A stretch of 47,947 bases of DNA from an uncultured Ruminococcus sp. (GTDB lineage: Bacteria > Bacillota > Clostridia > Oscillospirales > Ruminococcaceae). The notes below the pieces were generated by a model. It was given only the letters and a program-made list of their open reading frames with translations, searched no databases and was not told where the DNA came from. The translations under genes and the position numbers were made by a program. Shown one piece after another: positions 1 through 8,250 of the stretch; position 1 is the first letter of the stretch, and each line of letters begins with the position of its first letter. The stretch lies in the NCBI GenBank assembly GCA_964616605.1, contig CAZTRH010000005.1, positions 1-47,947 on the forward strand, written 5' to 3'.

Positions 1-36
1 TCGCAGTACCGATTTAAGATATTCTTTAAAGCTCAT
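1..36 (-). CDS. 5' end of a gene running off the window (MSFKEYLKSVLR...), possibly the membrane partner of the LytTR regulator
   Basis: ATG at 36-34 overlaps the LytTR stop (ATGA), preceded by a GGGGTGA RBS. Only 12 codons are visible, so the product is a guess from the common LytTR-DUF3021 pairing. Confidence 0.5.
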   Translation of the reverse strand, partial: MSFKEYLKSVLR

Positions 37-518
37 TCATTATCACCCCGTAATGTGTTTTTTAAATTGGGAACATATTTTCTGGAAATTATAATTTCTT
101 CCCCGTTTGAAAGCACAGCACTGAATCTGCCGCCTAACGCAGGTTTTACGGAAATTATTTTCATAAGATTAACAATAGCAGATTTTGATATTCTCAAAAA
201 ATGCCTTCGCTTTAAGAAATCTTCCAGCTCATAAAGACGCTGTTTCGATTCGTATACCTCACTCTGGGTATAGATAAAAGTACGATTATCAACAGAGTCG
301 ATATACATAATCTCCGTTACCGAAACGTTATACTGTCTGCCCTCGATAAATGCTGTAAGCTGACCTTGACGTGAACGCACAAATGAAGCAATTTCCCGAA
401 CCTCGTCAGTTTCTTCGTGACACCGTATATCCACAAGTTCCGCTTCGTTTTGAGGAATTTTGCTTATAGAAACATTCATAAAATTTACTGATGTTTCATT
501 CGTGGACACCAAATTCAC
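33..518 (-). CDS. Stand-alone LytTR-family DNA-binding regulator
   Basis: LytTR motifs IMYIDSVDNRTFIY, LYELE and FLRISKSAIVNL...ISRKYV; no receiver domain. Start may be 518, 509 or 479. Confidence 0.9.
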   Translation of the reverse strand: MNLVSTNETSVNFMNVSISKIPQNEAELVDIRCHEETDEVREIASFVRSRQGQLTAFIEGRQYNVSVTEIMYIDSVDNRTFIYTQSEVYESKQRLYELEDFLKRRHFLRISKSAIVNLMKIISVKPALGGRFSAVLSNGEEIIISRKYVPNLKNTLRGDNE

Positions 519-562
519 CTCTTTCTGAAAATCATAAAAAAAGTACTGACATTAAACCGAAA

Positions 563-1135
563 TCATACATTCGTCATACCCGAATAAGTGCGAAGAATAT
601 CTTCCGAAATTTCTCGTTGAGTGCGGCGTGACTCCATTGCACTTTTCTGAATATATTTGTGTGCCTGTTCTTCCGTCATGTTAAGGTATTGTATAAGACA
701 GCACTTTGCACGGTCTATAATTTTCATATCATATAACTTCCCTTGAAGTTCGGAATTTTCACATTGAAGGCGATTGAAGTTTTCCTGCGCAATTGCAGCC
801 ATTTTCACCGTTTGCTGAAGAACGCTTGGTGTGAACGGCTTTGCAAGCACAAATGCACCCGTAAATTTCACTCGCTTCTGAACATCGTCAGCAATATCAG
901 CACGCGCAAGCACAATAATCGGTGATTGAGTTTTCTTGCTGACTTCATTTACAAACTCCAGACCGAACTCACTGCGCAATGGAACGGAAATCACTATCGC
1001 ATCAAATTTTGTGTAGTCTATCTCCACAGCCTGTTCGTCAGAATAGCACAATACAAATTCCGATACCAATTCTCCGAGAGCAAGCCTGATATTTTCACAC
1101 AAAGCAGCGGTTTTTGCGTTTATAAAAATCTTCAT
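563..1135 (-). CDS. ANTAR-domain RNA antiterminator with a degenerate receiver domain (AmiR/NasT/NitR-like)
   Basis: C-terminal ANTAR motif IIDRAKCCLI...MTEEQAHKYIQKSAM; REC-like N-terminus with LAKPF; coiled-coil linker. Start ATG 1135 (alternative 1171). Confidence 0.9.
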   Translation of the reverse strand: MKIFINAKTAALCENIRLALGELVSEFVLCYSDEQAVEIDYTKFDAIVISVPLRSEFGLEFVNEVSKKTQSPIIVLARADIADDVQKRVKFTGAFVLAKPFTPSVLQQTVKMAAIAQENFNRLQCENSELQGKLYDMKIIDRAKCCLIQYLNMTEEQAHKYIQKSAMESRRTQREISEDILRTYSGMTNV

Positions 1136-1186
1136 AGTTATTCTCACTAAATAAATCAGCGCATTATGCACCGGTACTTACGTTTA

Positions 1187-1215
1187 ATTATATCATTTTT
1201 TTTAATATAAGTCAA
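1187..1215 (-). promoter_or_regulatory. Sigma-A promoter for the ANTAR gene
   Basis: Minus strand TTGACT-17 bp-TATAAT with extended -10 TG. Confidence 0.75.
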
Positions 1216-1277
1216 GCAATGTCGCAATGCAATCTATCTTTTTCCAAAAAAAATATTCAAAACAGCATACAGACCCC

Positions 1278-1306
1278 TTGAAAAATCTGCTGAAATAGGT
1301 TATAAT
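1278..1306 (+). promoter_or_regulatory. Sigma-A promoter for gatCAB
   Basis: TTGAAA-17 bp-TATAAT about 40 nt upstream of gatC. Confidence 0.75.
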
Positions 1307-1345
1307 AAGTGTATATATTTTCTAAAACAGAAAGGCTGGATAATT

Positions 1346-1633
1346 ATGGCAGTAGATATCAATACAATTGAGCACCTTTGCAATCTGTCGAAGCTGAATT
1401 ACAGCGGCGATGAAATGCAGAAAGTTATGGGTGAGATGAGCGACATCATCGATCTTATGGACGAAATAAAGGACTTTGACCTTACTTATGACGATACAAA
1501 GGATAATAACGAAATCCGTTTTTTAGACACAAGAGCAGACGTTGCAGAAGAGTCTTTCCCAACCGACAGACTTATTGCAAACGCAAAAGAAAACGTTGAC
1601 GACTGCTATGTCGTACCCAAAGTTGTAGAATAA
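1346..1633 (+). CDS. gatC: Asp/Glu-tRNA amidotransferase subunit C
   Basis: 95 aa, LSKL...RADVA...YVVPKV pattern, first gene before gatA and gatB. Confidence 0.93.
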   Translation: MAVDINTIEHLCNLSKLNYSGDEMQKVMGEMSDIIDLMDEIKDFDLTYDDTKDNNEIRFLDTRADVAEESFPTDRLIANAKENVDDCYVVPKVVE

Positions 1634-1643
1634 GGAGAAAGAA

Positions 1644-3095
1644 ATGAATTTGACAAAAGCAAAAATCTCCGATTTAAGACGAATGCTTGACGCAAAAGAG
1701 ATCAGTGCGTCAGAGCTTTGCGGAGAATATTTCAAAAACATTGAAAAGCAGGACGGAGAACTGCTTTCATTCATTACAGTTACCAAAGAGGAAGCGATGA
1801 AAGCTGCGGAAGTAGCTCAGAAGCGTATTGACGAGGGAACAGCTTCCCCGCTTACAGGTATTCCGCTTGCAGTAAAGGACAACATCTGCACTGACGGAGT
1901 GCGTACTACCTGCTCTAGCCGTATGCTTGGCGATTTTGTGCCGCCATATAATGCGACCGTTATTGAAAAACTGAACGAGCAAGGTTATGTTCTCCTTGGA
2001 AAAACATCTATGGACGAGTTCGCTATGGGCGGCTCCAATCAGACTTCAGCTTTTGCGAAAACTAAAAATCCTTACGACAAGGCAAGAGTTCCGGGCGGCT
2101 CTTCGGGCGGCTCGGCAGCTGCTGTTTCAGCTTCTCTTGCGCCTGCGGCTTTAGGTTCGGATACAGGCGGTTCTATCCGTCAGCCTGCTTCATTCTGTGG
2201 CGTAACAGGCATAAAGCCTACTTACGGACGAGTTTCTCGTTACGGACTGGTAGCGTTTGCAAGTTCGCTCGACCAGATTGGACCGATTGCAAACGACGCA
2301 CGGGACTGTGCTACAATTCTCAATGCAATCTGCGGCAGTGACAGACACGACGCTACTTCCGCTAGACTTGATGTTCCAGACTTTTCAGAAAAAATCGGAC
2401 AATCCGTCAAAGGTATGAAAATCGCTCTGCCAAAAGAGTTCTACGGTGACGCTATTGATGATGTTGTAAAGACTTCGGTTATGAACGCCGCTCACGAACT
2501 CGAAAAACAGGGTGCTATACTTGTAGACTGCTCTATGCCTGGACTTAAATACGCTATCCCTGCGTACTACCTTATCGCTTGTGCCGAGGCAGCTTCCAAC
2601 CTCTCACGCTTTGACGGCATAAAGTACGGATTCAGAGGAGAAGGTCGCACCTATTGGGAACTTATCCGTGACAGCCGCAGCCGTGGCTTCGGCGAGGAAG
2701 TTAAACGTCGTATTCTCCTTGGAAACTACGCTCTTTCAAGCGGATATTATGACGCTTACTACAAGAAAGCGCTTGCACTCAAGCAGGAAATTATCAAAGA
2801 ATACAACGAAATCTTTGATACTTGCGATGTTATTCTCACGCCAACCGCACCTACTCCCGCATACAAAATCGGCGAACAGGACAACGACCCTGTCAAGATG
2901 TACACCGCCGATATCTGCACGGTTACTGTAAATATCGCAGGACTTCCCGGAATTTCCACAACTTGCGGATATACCGCAGACAACGGACTTCCTATCGGTA
3001 TGTCCATTATCGGAAAGCGTTTTGACGAGCAGACAATTCTCCAGTGTGCAGACGCATTTGAGCAGGGCTTTTCGCCTGTTGCTCCAAGACTTTAA
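1644..3095 (+). CDS. gatA: Asp/Glu-tRNA amidotransferase subunit A
   Basis: Amidase signature KDNI, GGSSGGSAAAV, GSDTGGSIRQP; SNLSRFDG and EVKRRILLG. Confidence 0.98.
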   Translation: MNLTKAKISDLRRMLDAKEISASELCGEYFKNIEKQDGELLSFITVTKEEAMKAAEVAQKRIDEGTASPLTGIPLAVKDNICTDGVRTTCSSRMLGDFVPPYNATVIEKLNEQGYVLLGKTSMDEFAMGGSNQTSAFAKTKNPYDKARVPGGSSGGSAAAVSASLAPAALGSDTGGSIRQPASFCGVTGIKPTYGRVSRYGLVAFASSLDQIGPIANDARDCATILNAICGSDRHDATSARLDVPDFSEKIGQSVKGMKIALPKEFYGDAIDDVVKTSVMNAAHELEKQGAILVDCSMPGLKYAIPAYYLIACAEAASNLSRFDGIKYGFRGEGRTYWELIRDSRSRGFGEEVKRRILLGNYALSSGYYDAYYKKALALKQEIIKEYNEIFDTCDVILTPTAPTPAYKIGEQDNDPVKMYTADICTVTVNIAGLPGISTTCGYTADNGLPIGMSIIGKRFDEQTILQCADAFEQGFSPVAPRL

Positions 3096-3107
3096 GGAGG
3101 TGGGAAA

Positions 3108-4541
3108 ATGAGCCGTTATATTCCTACTATCGGACTTGAAACACACGCAGAACTTTCTACTAACTCAAAAGTTTTCTGCACTTGTTCAGCGGAGTTCGGA
3201 GGAACTCCCAACTCACGCTGCTGCCCCGTATGCAGCGGACTTCCGGGAACGCTCCCCGTACTCAATCAGAAAGCCGTTGAATACATTATCAAAGCAGGAT
3301 ATGTTACAAACTGCGAAATATCCCGTTTTACAAAATGGGATAGAAAGAACTACTTCTACCCCGACCTGCCAAAAGCATATCAGATTTCACAGATGCCACG
3401 CCCCGTGTGCCTTAATGGTCACGTTGATATTAACGTCAAGGGCGAAGAAAAAACCATCAGAATTAACCGTATACACCTTGAAGAGGACGCAGGAAAGCTT
3501 GTTCACGATGATGTAAACAGATTTTCGCTTGCTGACTATAACCGCTGTGGTGTTCCGCTTATTGAAATCGTAACAGAACCCGATTTCCACAGCGGTGACG
3601 AGGTTATAGCATATCTCGAAAAGATTATGCTGCTGCTCCAGTACGCAGGAATTTGCGACTGTAAGATGGAGCAGGGTTCTATCCGCTGTGACGTCAATAT
3701 ATCCCTTGCCCCTGAGGGTTCAAAAGAACTCGGCACGCGAACCGAGCTTAAAAACCTTAATTCGCTCAAAGCAATTGCCCGTGCAATAGAGATTGAAATT
3801 GAACGTCAGGAAGAGCTTCTCGACAACGATGAGCCGGTAATACAGGAAACACGCCGCTTCAACGAAGCCGAAGGCGAAACTGTTGCTATGCGTTCAAAAG
3901 AAGACGCACACGACTACCGCTACTTCCCCGACCCCGATATTCCTCCAATTATCTTCACAGAAGAAGAACTTGAGGAAATCAAAAATTCCATTCCCGAACT
4001 TCCCGAACAGCGCGTAAAGCGACTTGTTGAAGAGTACGGAATAAAACAAGCAGACGCTGACCTCATTGTCGGTGACAAAAAAATTTGCGATTTCTTTGAT
4101 GAAGCCTGCACAGGTTACAATAATCCGAAAGCTATTGCAAATTACATCAATGTTGAGCTAAACCGCAGAATTAACCTCGGTGAAATGGATATGGATAACC
4201 GCAAGTTCAGCGGCACAGAGTTTGCACACCTTGTTGAGTTTATGCAGACGGACAAGATTTCTCAGGCAAATGCAAAGACCGTTCTCCGTGAGATGATTGA
4301 AAACGGCGGCGAACCCAAGGATATCGCTGATAAAATGGATTTGTGGATTAAGGAAGATAACGACCTTCTCGCAAAGACAATTGACGAGATTATCGCTAAC
4401 AATCCTAAGCCTGTTGAACAGTATAAGAGCGGCGACCAGAAAGTATTCGGCTTCTTTATGGGACAGGCAAACAAGGCGCTGAAGGGTGCAGCTTCACCAA
4501 AGGCAATACAGGAATATCTCAGAAAGAAACTCAGTGAATAA
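3108..4541 (+). CDS. gatB: Asp/Glu-tRNA amidotransferase subunit B
   Basis: IGLETH, DRKNYFYPDLPKAYQISQ, HLEEDAGK, DYRYFPDPD, C-terminal Yqey domain. Confidence 0.98.
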   Translation: MSRYIPTIGLETHAELSTNSKVFCTCSAEFGGTPNSRCCPVCSGLPGTLPVLNQKAVEYIIKAGYVTNCEISRFTKWDRKNYFYPDLPKAYQISQMPRPVCLNGHVDINVKGEEKTIRINRIHLEEDAGKLVHDDVNRFSLADYNRCGVPLIEIVTEPDFHSGDEVIAYLEKIMLLLQYAGICDCKMEQGSIRCDVNISLAPEGSKELGTRTELKNLNSLKAIARAIEIEIERQEELLDNDEPVIQETRRFNEAEGETVAMRSKEDAHDYRYFPDPDIPPIIFTEEELEEIKNSIPELPEQRVKRLVEEYGIKQADADLIVGDKKICDFFDEACTGYNNPKAIANYINVELNRRINLGEMDMDNRKFSGTEFAHLVEFMQTDKISQANAKTVLREMIENGGEPKDIADKMDLWIKEDNDLLAKTIDEIIANNPKPVEQYKSGDQKVFGFFMGQANKALKGAASPKAIQEYLRKKLSE

Positions 4542-4545
4542 AATT

Positions 4546-4580
4546 AGAGGGACTGCATTAAATCGCAGTCCCTTTTTATT
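4546..4580 (+). terminator. Intrinsic terminator after gatB
   Basis: AGGGACTGC/GCAGTCCCT stem followed by a T-run, between convergent genes. Confidence 0.85.
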
Positions 4581-5133
4581 ATTCAGAAAATTTGATATAT
4601 TCCGCCAAAAAGCGTCTGACTTTCCCTGTACAAACATCTCTATTGGTTGAAATCCCAAGCTGCTCGGTTATTTGCGAAAGCAGACTGCGTGCAGCCTGTT
4701 CGTCAGTGAATTCTATTTCAAGTTCATAGTCGGTTTTTCCAAAATAAGTACTTCGGTCAAGATCGATTTCAGCACCGTCAAACCGCTTTACAGAACGTAC
4801 AGTTGTAAGTCCGCCAAGTTTTTTTACTTCAGGCAGTCCATCTCTGTCGGACAGTTTTGTCAGCTCCTCCCCAGAAAGCGTTTGCGGCAAAGTGGATAGT
4901 CGTTTTTCAAGCTCAACACGGGAATATAGTTTATCAGCAGGCATCTTCATCTGCAAATAATACTCGCCCGATATTTCACGAACACGGCAGGTTATATGCT
5001 GCTCTGAAAGTGTCAGTCCGTCAGTATCATAATAATAGTTCGTCTGAGTAACTTCACTGTCCCAGCTGAACATCAGAATAATCTGATTGTATTGTTTCTC
5101 TGTCAGCATTAGTTTAAATTCGTTTTCAATCAT
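4579..5133 (-). CDS. CYTH-domain (triphosphate tunnel) protein, YjbK-like
   Basis: N-terminal ExExK motif (ENEFK), QTNYYYDT, DLDRSTY, DYELEIE; RBS GAGGTG before ATG 5133. Confidence 0.88.
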   Translation of the reverse strand: MIENEFKLMLTEKQYNQIILMFSWDSEVTQTNYYYDTDGLTLSEQHITCRVREISGEYYLQMKMPADKLYSRVELEKRLSTLPQTLSGEELTKLSDRDGLPEVKKLGGLTTVRSVKRFDGAEIDLDRSTYFGKTDYELEIEFTDEQAARSLLSQITEQLGISTNRDVCTGKVRRFLAEYIKFSE

Positions 5134-5141
5134 ATCACACC

Positions 5142-5858
5142 TCAAATATATCCATTCGCACCACGCACCGACACTTCCCCACTGCCAACTTCAAATCGTC
5201 CGCTCTCGTCCTCGCATATAAGGAAACCATTCGGTGCAATATCCACCGCTTTAGCCGTGCGACAGCCATTTTTTTCTACAAGCCTTACCGTTCGTCCAAG
5301 ATTTATTACTCTACTGCGAAAATCCGCAATGCATTGTGAAAAAGACATACTTGCAAGACGATTTACATTCTCCGCAATCGCTTCAATCAGAGTATTTCGC
5401 TCGTATATCTCACCTGACAAAGCAAGTAAGGAAGCTCCATTCGGCAAATCTCTCCGTCTGAAAAATTCCTCGCTCTGAGAAACATTTACACCAATTCCGC
5501 AAATAACATAGGCACAGTCACCCCAAAAGGTGCATTCGCATAAAATACCACAGACCTTCTTATCGCCGATTATTATATCATTTGGCCATTTTATGAAGAT
5601 TTCAGAAAGTCCCGTCACGTTTTCAAGCGCATAACACACCGCCAGTCCAACCCGTGCTGTAATAGTATCACGCTCAATCGGATTTTTCATCAAAATGGAA
5701 ATCGGAAGCATTCCGTTATCTGCTTCCCATGTATGTCCCCGTCTGCCTCTGCCGCTTGTCTGGAGTTTAGCGGTTATCACTGCCCCATCGGGAAGTTCAG
5801 CAAAGTGTTCACGCATATAATCGTTTGTGGAGGTGCATTCTTCTAATTCTAAAATCAT
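5142..5858 (-). CDS. birA: Biotin-protein ligase, monofunctional (no N-terminal HTH)
   Basis: STND, QTSGRGRRGHTW, IKWPND, KKVCGIL; RBS GAAGGAG before ATG 5858. Confidence 0.93.
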   Translation of the reverse strand: MILELEECTSTNDYMREHFAELPDGAVITAKLQTSGRGRRGHTWEADNGMLPISILMKNPIERDTITARVGLAVCYALENVTGLSEIFIKWPNDIIIGDKKVCGILCECTFWGDCAYVICGIGVNVSQSEEFFRRRDLPNGASLLALSGEIYERNTLIEAIAENVNRLASMSFSQCIADFRSRVINLGRTVRLVEKNGCRTAKAVDIAPNGFLICEDESGRFEVGSGEVSVRGANGYI

Positions 5859-5877
5859 ATTTACTCCTTCATCTCCA

Positions 5878-6357
5878 TCAAACAAACGGAACAATTCTCA
5901 TATTGGTTTCACCCGATTGAGAAATCTCAATTATCCCGTAAGAACGATCACTTCCGCCCCTTGGCAGCGTAAGACTACCCGGATTCATCACCTGAACGCC
6001 GTTAAGCGTTTCTATCTTCGGAATGTGAGTATGTCCGTATAAAGCAAATGTACAATCGTTTTTCTGTGCAGCAGCCACCAACATTTCAATTCCGCCGTTT
6101 ACACCGTATCTGTGACCGTGACAGCAGAAAATATGCTGCCCCTTTGCGATTACAATGCTTTCACTTTGATGAAAACCGTAATCACAGTTTCCGCCGACAT
6201 ACACAAGACCTTTCTGCTGATAAAGCATTTGTACGTCGCTGAAATCACTTTCGCCATCGCCCAGATGAATCAGCGTATCGAAGTCCTTATTATCGGAAAT
6301 CACCTTCAAAAGCCGTGTGCTGTCGCCATGAGTATCCGATACAACAAGAATTTTCAT
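5878..6357 (-). CDS. YfcE/YsnB-family metallophosphoesterase
   Basis: SDTHG, HLGD, GNCD, HGH, GHTH and NPGS motifs. Confidence 0.93.
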   Translation of the reverse strand: MKILVVSDTHGDSTRLLKVISDNKDFDTLIHLGDGESDFSDVQMLYQQKGLVYVGGNCDYGFHQSESIVIAKGQHIFCCHGHRYGVNGGIEMLVAAAQKNDCTFALYGHTHIPKIETLNGVQVMNPGSLTLPRGGSDRSYGIIEISQSGETNMRIVPFV

Positions 6358-6475
6358 AAAATTATCCTTTCCGTGCAACAATGGAGTTTATTTATCATAT
6401 AAATATTGTACCACATCTGGTAAGAAAAATAAAGACCTTACAGAAAATTTTACTCTTCACAAACAGGAGGAAAAT

Positions 6476-6709
6476 ATGGATCAGCGTAATTTTAATAAGC
6501 TACTGAATGAAGCAAGCAAGCGGTTAAACACGTCCCCCGAGTCAATAAAACAATCTCTTGAAAAAGGCGATGTTAAAACTCTGTCAAAACTGCTTTCAAA
6601 ATCTGACAAAGAAAAATTGCGCGCAGTGCTTTCAAACAAACAACTTATGGAAAAACTGAAATCAACGTCAAATCCCGAAGAAATCATGCGTATTCTGAAC
6701 AGTAAATAA
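6476..6709 (+). CDS. Hypothetical protein (77 aa, helical)
   Basis: Strong AGGAGG RBS; first of three co-oriented ORFs. Confidence 0.75.
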   Translation: MDQRNFNKLLNEASKRLNTSPESIKQSLEKGDVKTLSKLLSKSDKEKLRAVLSNKQLMEKLKSTSNPEEIMRILNSK

Positions 6710-6726
6710 AAATGGGGGTGCGGTGA

Positions 6727-7065
6727 ATGAATAACATAGAAGATCTTCTCCGTACCCTTACCGAAGAGGACGACGAGAACGAGGAAAACACTAATTCAGA
6801 CTACGCTGATAACACAGCTTCACAAAGCAGCACAGACGGGTTGTTCTCAGGACTTGACCCTGAAATGATGCTTAAATTATTAAGCTTGTTTGAGTCTTTT
6901 AATAAGTCTGATGAAAACGAACGTTTTCTTCTTGCGCTGAAGCCGCTTCTGCGTGAGGAAAACCAAAACAAAATCGACAGCGCAGTGCGTCTTATGAAAC
7001 TGCTTTCTCTGCTGCCTGTTCTACAAAAGAGCGGTATTTTTGAAAACTTTAATAAAATGTTCTGA
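6727..7065 (+). CDS. Hypothetical protein (112 aa)
   Basis: GGGGGTG RBS; acidic N-terminus; C-terminal helical block LLALKPLL...KIDSAVRLMKL. Confidence 0.75.
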   Translation: MNNIEDLLRTLTEEDDENEENTNSDYADNTASQSSTDGLFSGLDPEMMLKLLSLFESFNKSDENERFLLALKPLLREENQNKIDSAVRLMKLLSLLPVLQKSGIFENFNKMF

Positions 7066-7075
7066 TGGAGGAATT

Positions 7076-7396
7076 ATGGTCTGGAACACAACACAGTCCT
7101 CGCTTTATAAAGCGGTGAACGACTATAACCGCACTGTTGAACAGCAGGAATATAGTCCCTGCCACAGCAAATGCAATAATACACAAGATTATAATACAAA
7201 TAAAGCTTCAAATAAAGACTGTCAGAAATCAACTCTGCCTCATAATCAAAGCGTTAAAAAGAATAATTCCTCAACAATGCAAAATCTCTTTGCAGATAAA
7301 GATTTTTTGCTGATATTGGGACTAATTCTGATATTGACTAAAGAAGGCGCAGACAACAAACTAATTCTTGCACTGGCTGTTGTATTACTTGGTTAA
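7076..7396 (+). CDS. Hypothetical protein with a C-terminal hydrophobic hairpin (106 aa)
   Basis: GGAGG RBS before ATG 7076, rather than the track start at 7040; ends DFLLILGLILILTKEGADNKLILALAVVLLG. Confidence 0.75.
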   Translation: MVWNTTQSSLYKAVNDYNRTVEQQEYSPCHSKCNNTQDYNTNKASNKDCQKSTLPHNQSVKKNNSSTMQNLFADKDFLLILGLILILTKEGADNKLILALAVVLLG

Positions 7397-7447
7397 TTTG
7401 CACAATTTTAAGTTCTAAAACAGGGGTTATTTTTGTTCTAACAACTC

Positions 7448-7476
7448 TTGTAATTTCAAGGGAAATTTGATATAAT
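7448..7476 (+). promoter_or_regulatory. Sigma-A promoter for cysE-cysS
   Basis: TTGTAA-17 bp-TATAAT with extended -10 TG. Confidence 0.75.
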
Positions 7477-7513
7477 AAATAAAGTACAGTATTGGCGATT
7501 ACGCAGAAGTCAC

Positions 7514-7547
7514 CTTCGTACCAGTCGGTACGAGGGTTTTATTTTTA
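7514..7547 (+). terminator. Intrinsic terminator inside the cysE leader (putative attenuator)
   Basis: CCTTCGTACC-AGTC-GGTACGAGGG followed by TTTTATTTTT, between the promoter and the cysE RBS. Confidence 0.75.
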
Positions 7548-7556
7548 GGAGAGTAT

Positions 7557-8228
7557 ATGTTTGAACGTATCAAGGAAGAAGTTGCGTCTATAAAGGCTCG
7601 TGACCCCGCAGTACGCTCCGCAATCGAGGTTATTTTACTCTACCCGTCATACAGAGCTGTCCGGGATTACCGCCGTGCCCACTGGTTTCACGAACACGGC
7701 TGGTATTTTATTGCGCGCTGGATTTCACAGCGTTCACGGCATAAGACAGGAATTGAAATCCACCCCGGTGCAAAAATCGGAAAAAACCTTTTCATAGACC
7801 ATGGTGCAGGCGTTGTAATCGGTGAAACAACTGAAATCGGCGACAACTGCACACTTTATCAGAATGTAACGCTTGGCGGTACGGGTAAAGACGTAGGAAA
7901 ACGTCACCCAACGCTTGGCAACAACGTTATGGTTGGCGCAGGAGCAAGAGTGCTTGGACCTTTTAAAATCGGAGATAATTCCAAAATTGCCGCAAATGCG
8001 GTTGTGTTGGAAGAAGTTCCTCCGAACTGCACAGCAGTCGGCGTTCCTGCACGAGTTGTAAAACGTGACGGAATTAAAATCGCTAACAGCGAACTCGACC
8101 AGATTCATGTACCCGACCCTGTTTCGGAAATTCTGTGTCAGCATCTTATGCAGATAGAGCGGCTTGAAAAAGAAGTTCGTGACCTTAAGTCGCAGATTTC
8201 CGATAAACAGAAAGACGAAAAAGAATAA
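7557..8228 (+). CDS. cysE: Serine O-acetyltransferase
   Basis: RDPA, GIEIHPGA, FIDHG, GGTGK, RHPT, hexapeptide repeats, VGVPAR. Confidence 0.97.
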   Translation: MFERIKEEVASIKARDPAVRSAIEVILLYPSYRAVRDYRRAHWFHEHGWYFIARWISQRSRHKTGIEIHPGAKIGKNLFIDHGAGVVIGETTEIGDNCTLYQNVTLGGTGKDVGKRHPTLGNNVMVGAGARVLGPFKIGDNSKIAANAVVLEEVPPNCTAVGVPARVVKRDGIKIANSELDQIHVPDPVSEILCQHLMQIERLEKEVRDLKSQISDKQKDEKE

Positions 8229-8250
8229 GTAATAATCAGGAGTGATTTTT

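Noticed and set aside
1214-1232. AGCAATGTCGCAATGCA resembles an ANTAR target hairpin (hexaloop AATGTC with A1/G4)
   Set aside because: Only a 2-bp stem and no second hairpin; it lies between the two divergent promoters, so it is probably not transcribed.
7494-7515. GGCGAT...TCACC looks like the start of a fluoride riboswitch; T-box and ANTAR motifs were also considered
   Set aside because: Lacks GAUG and the downstream pseudoknot; no TGGNACC, specifier stem or paired A1/G4 hexaloops.
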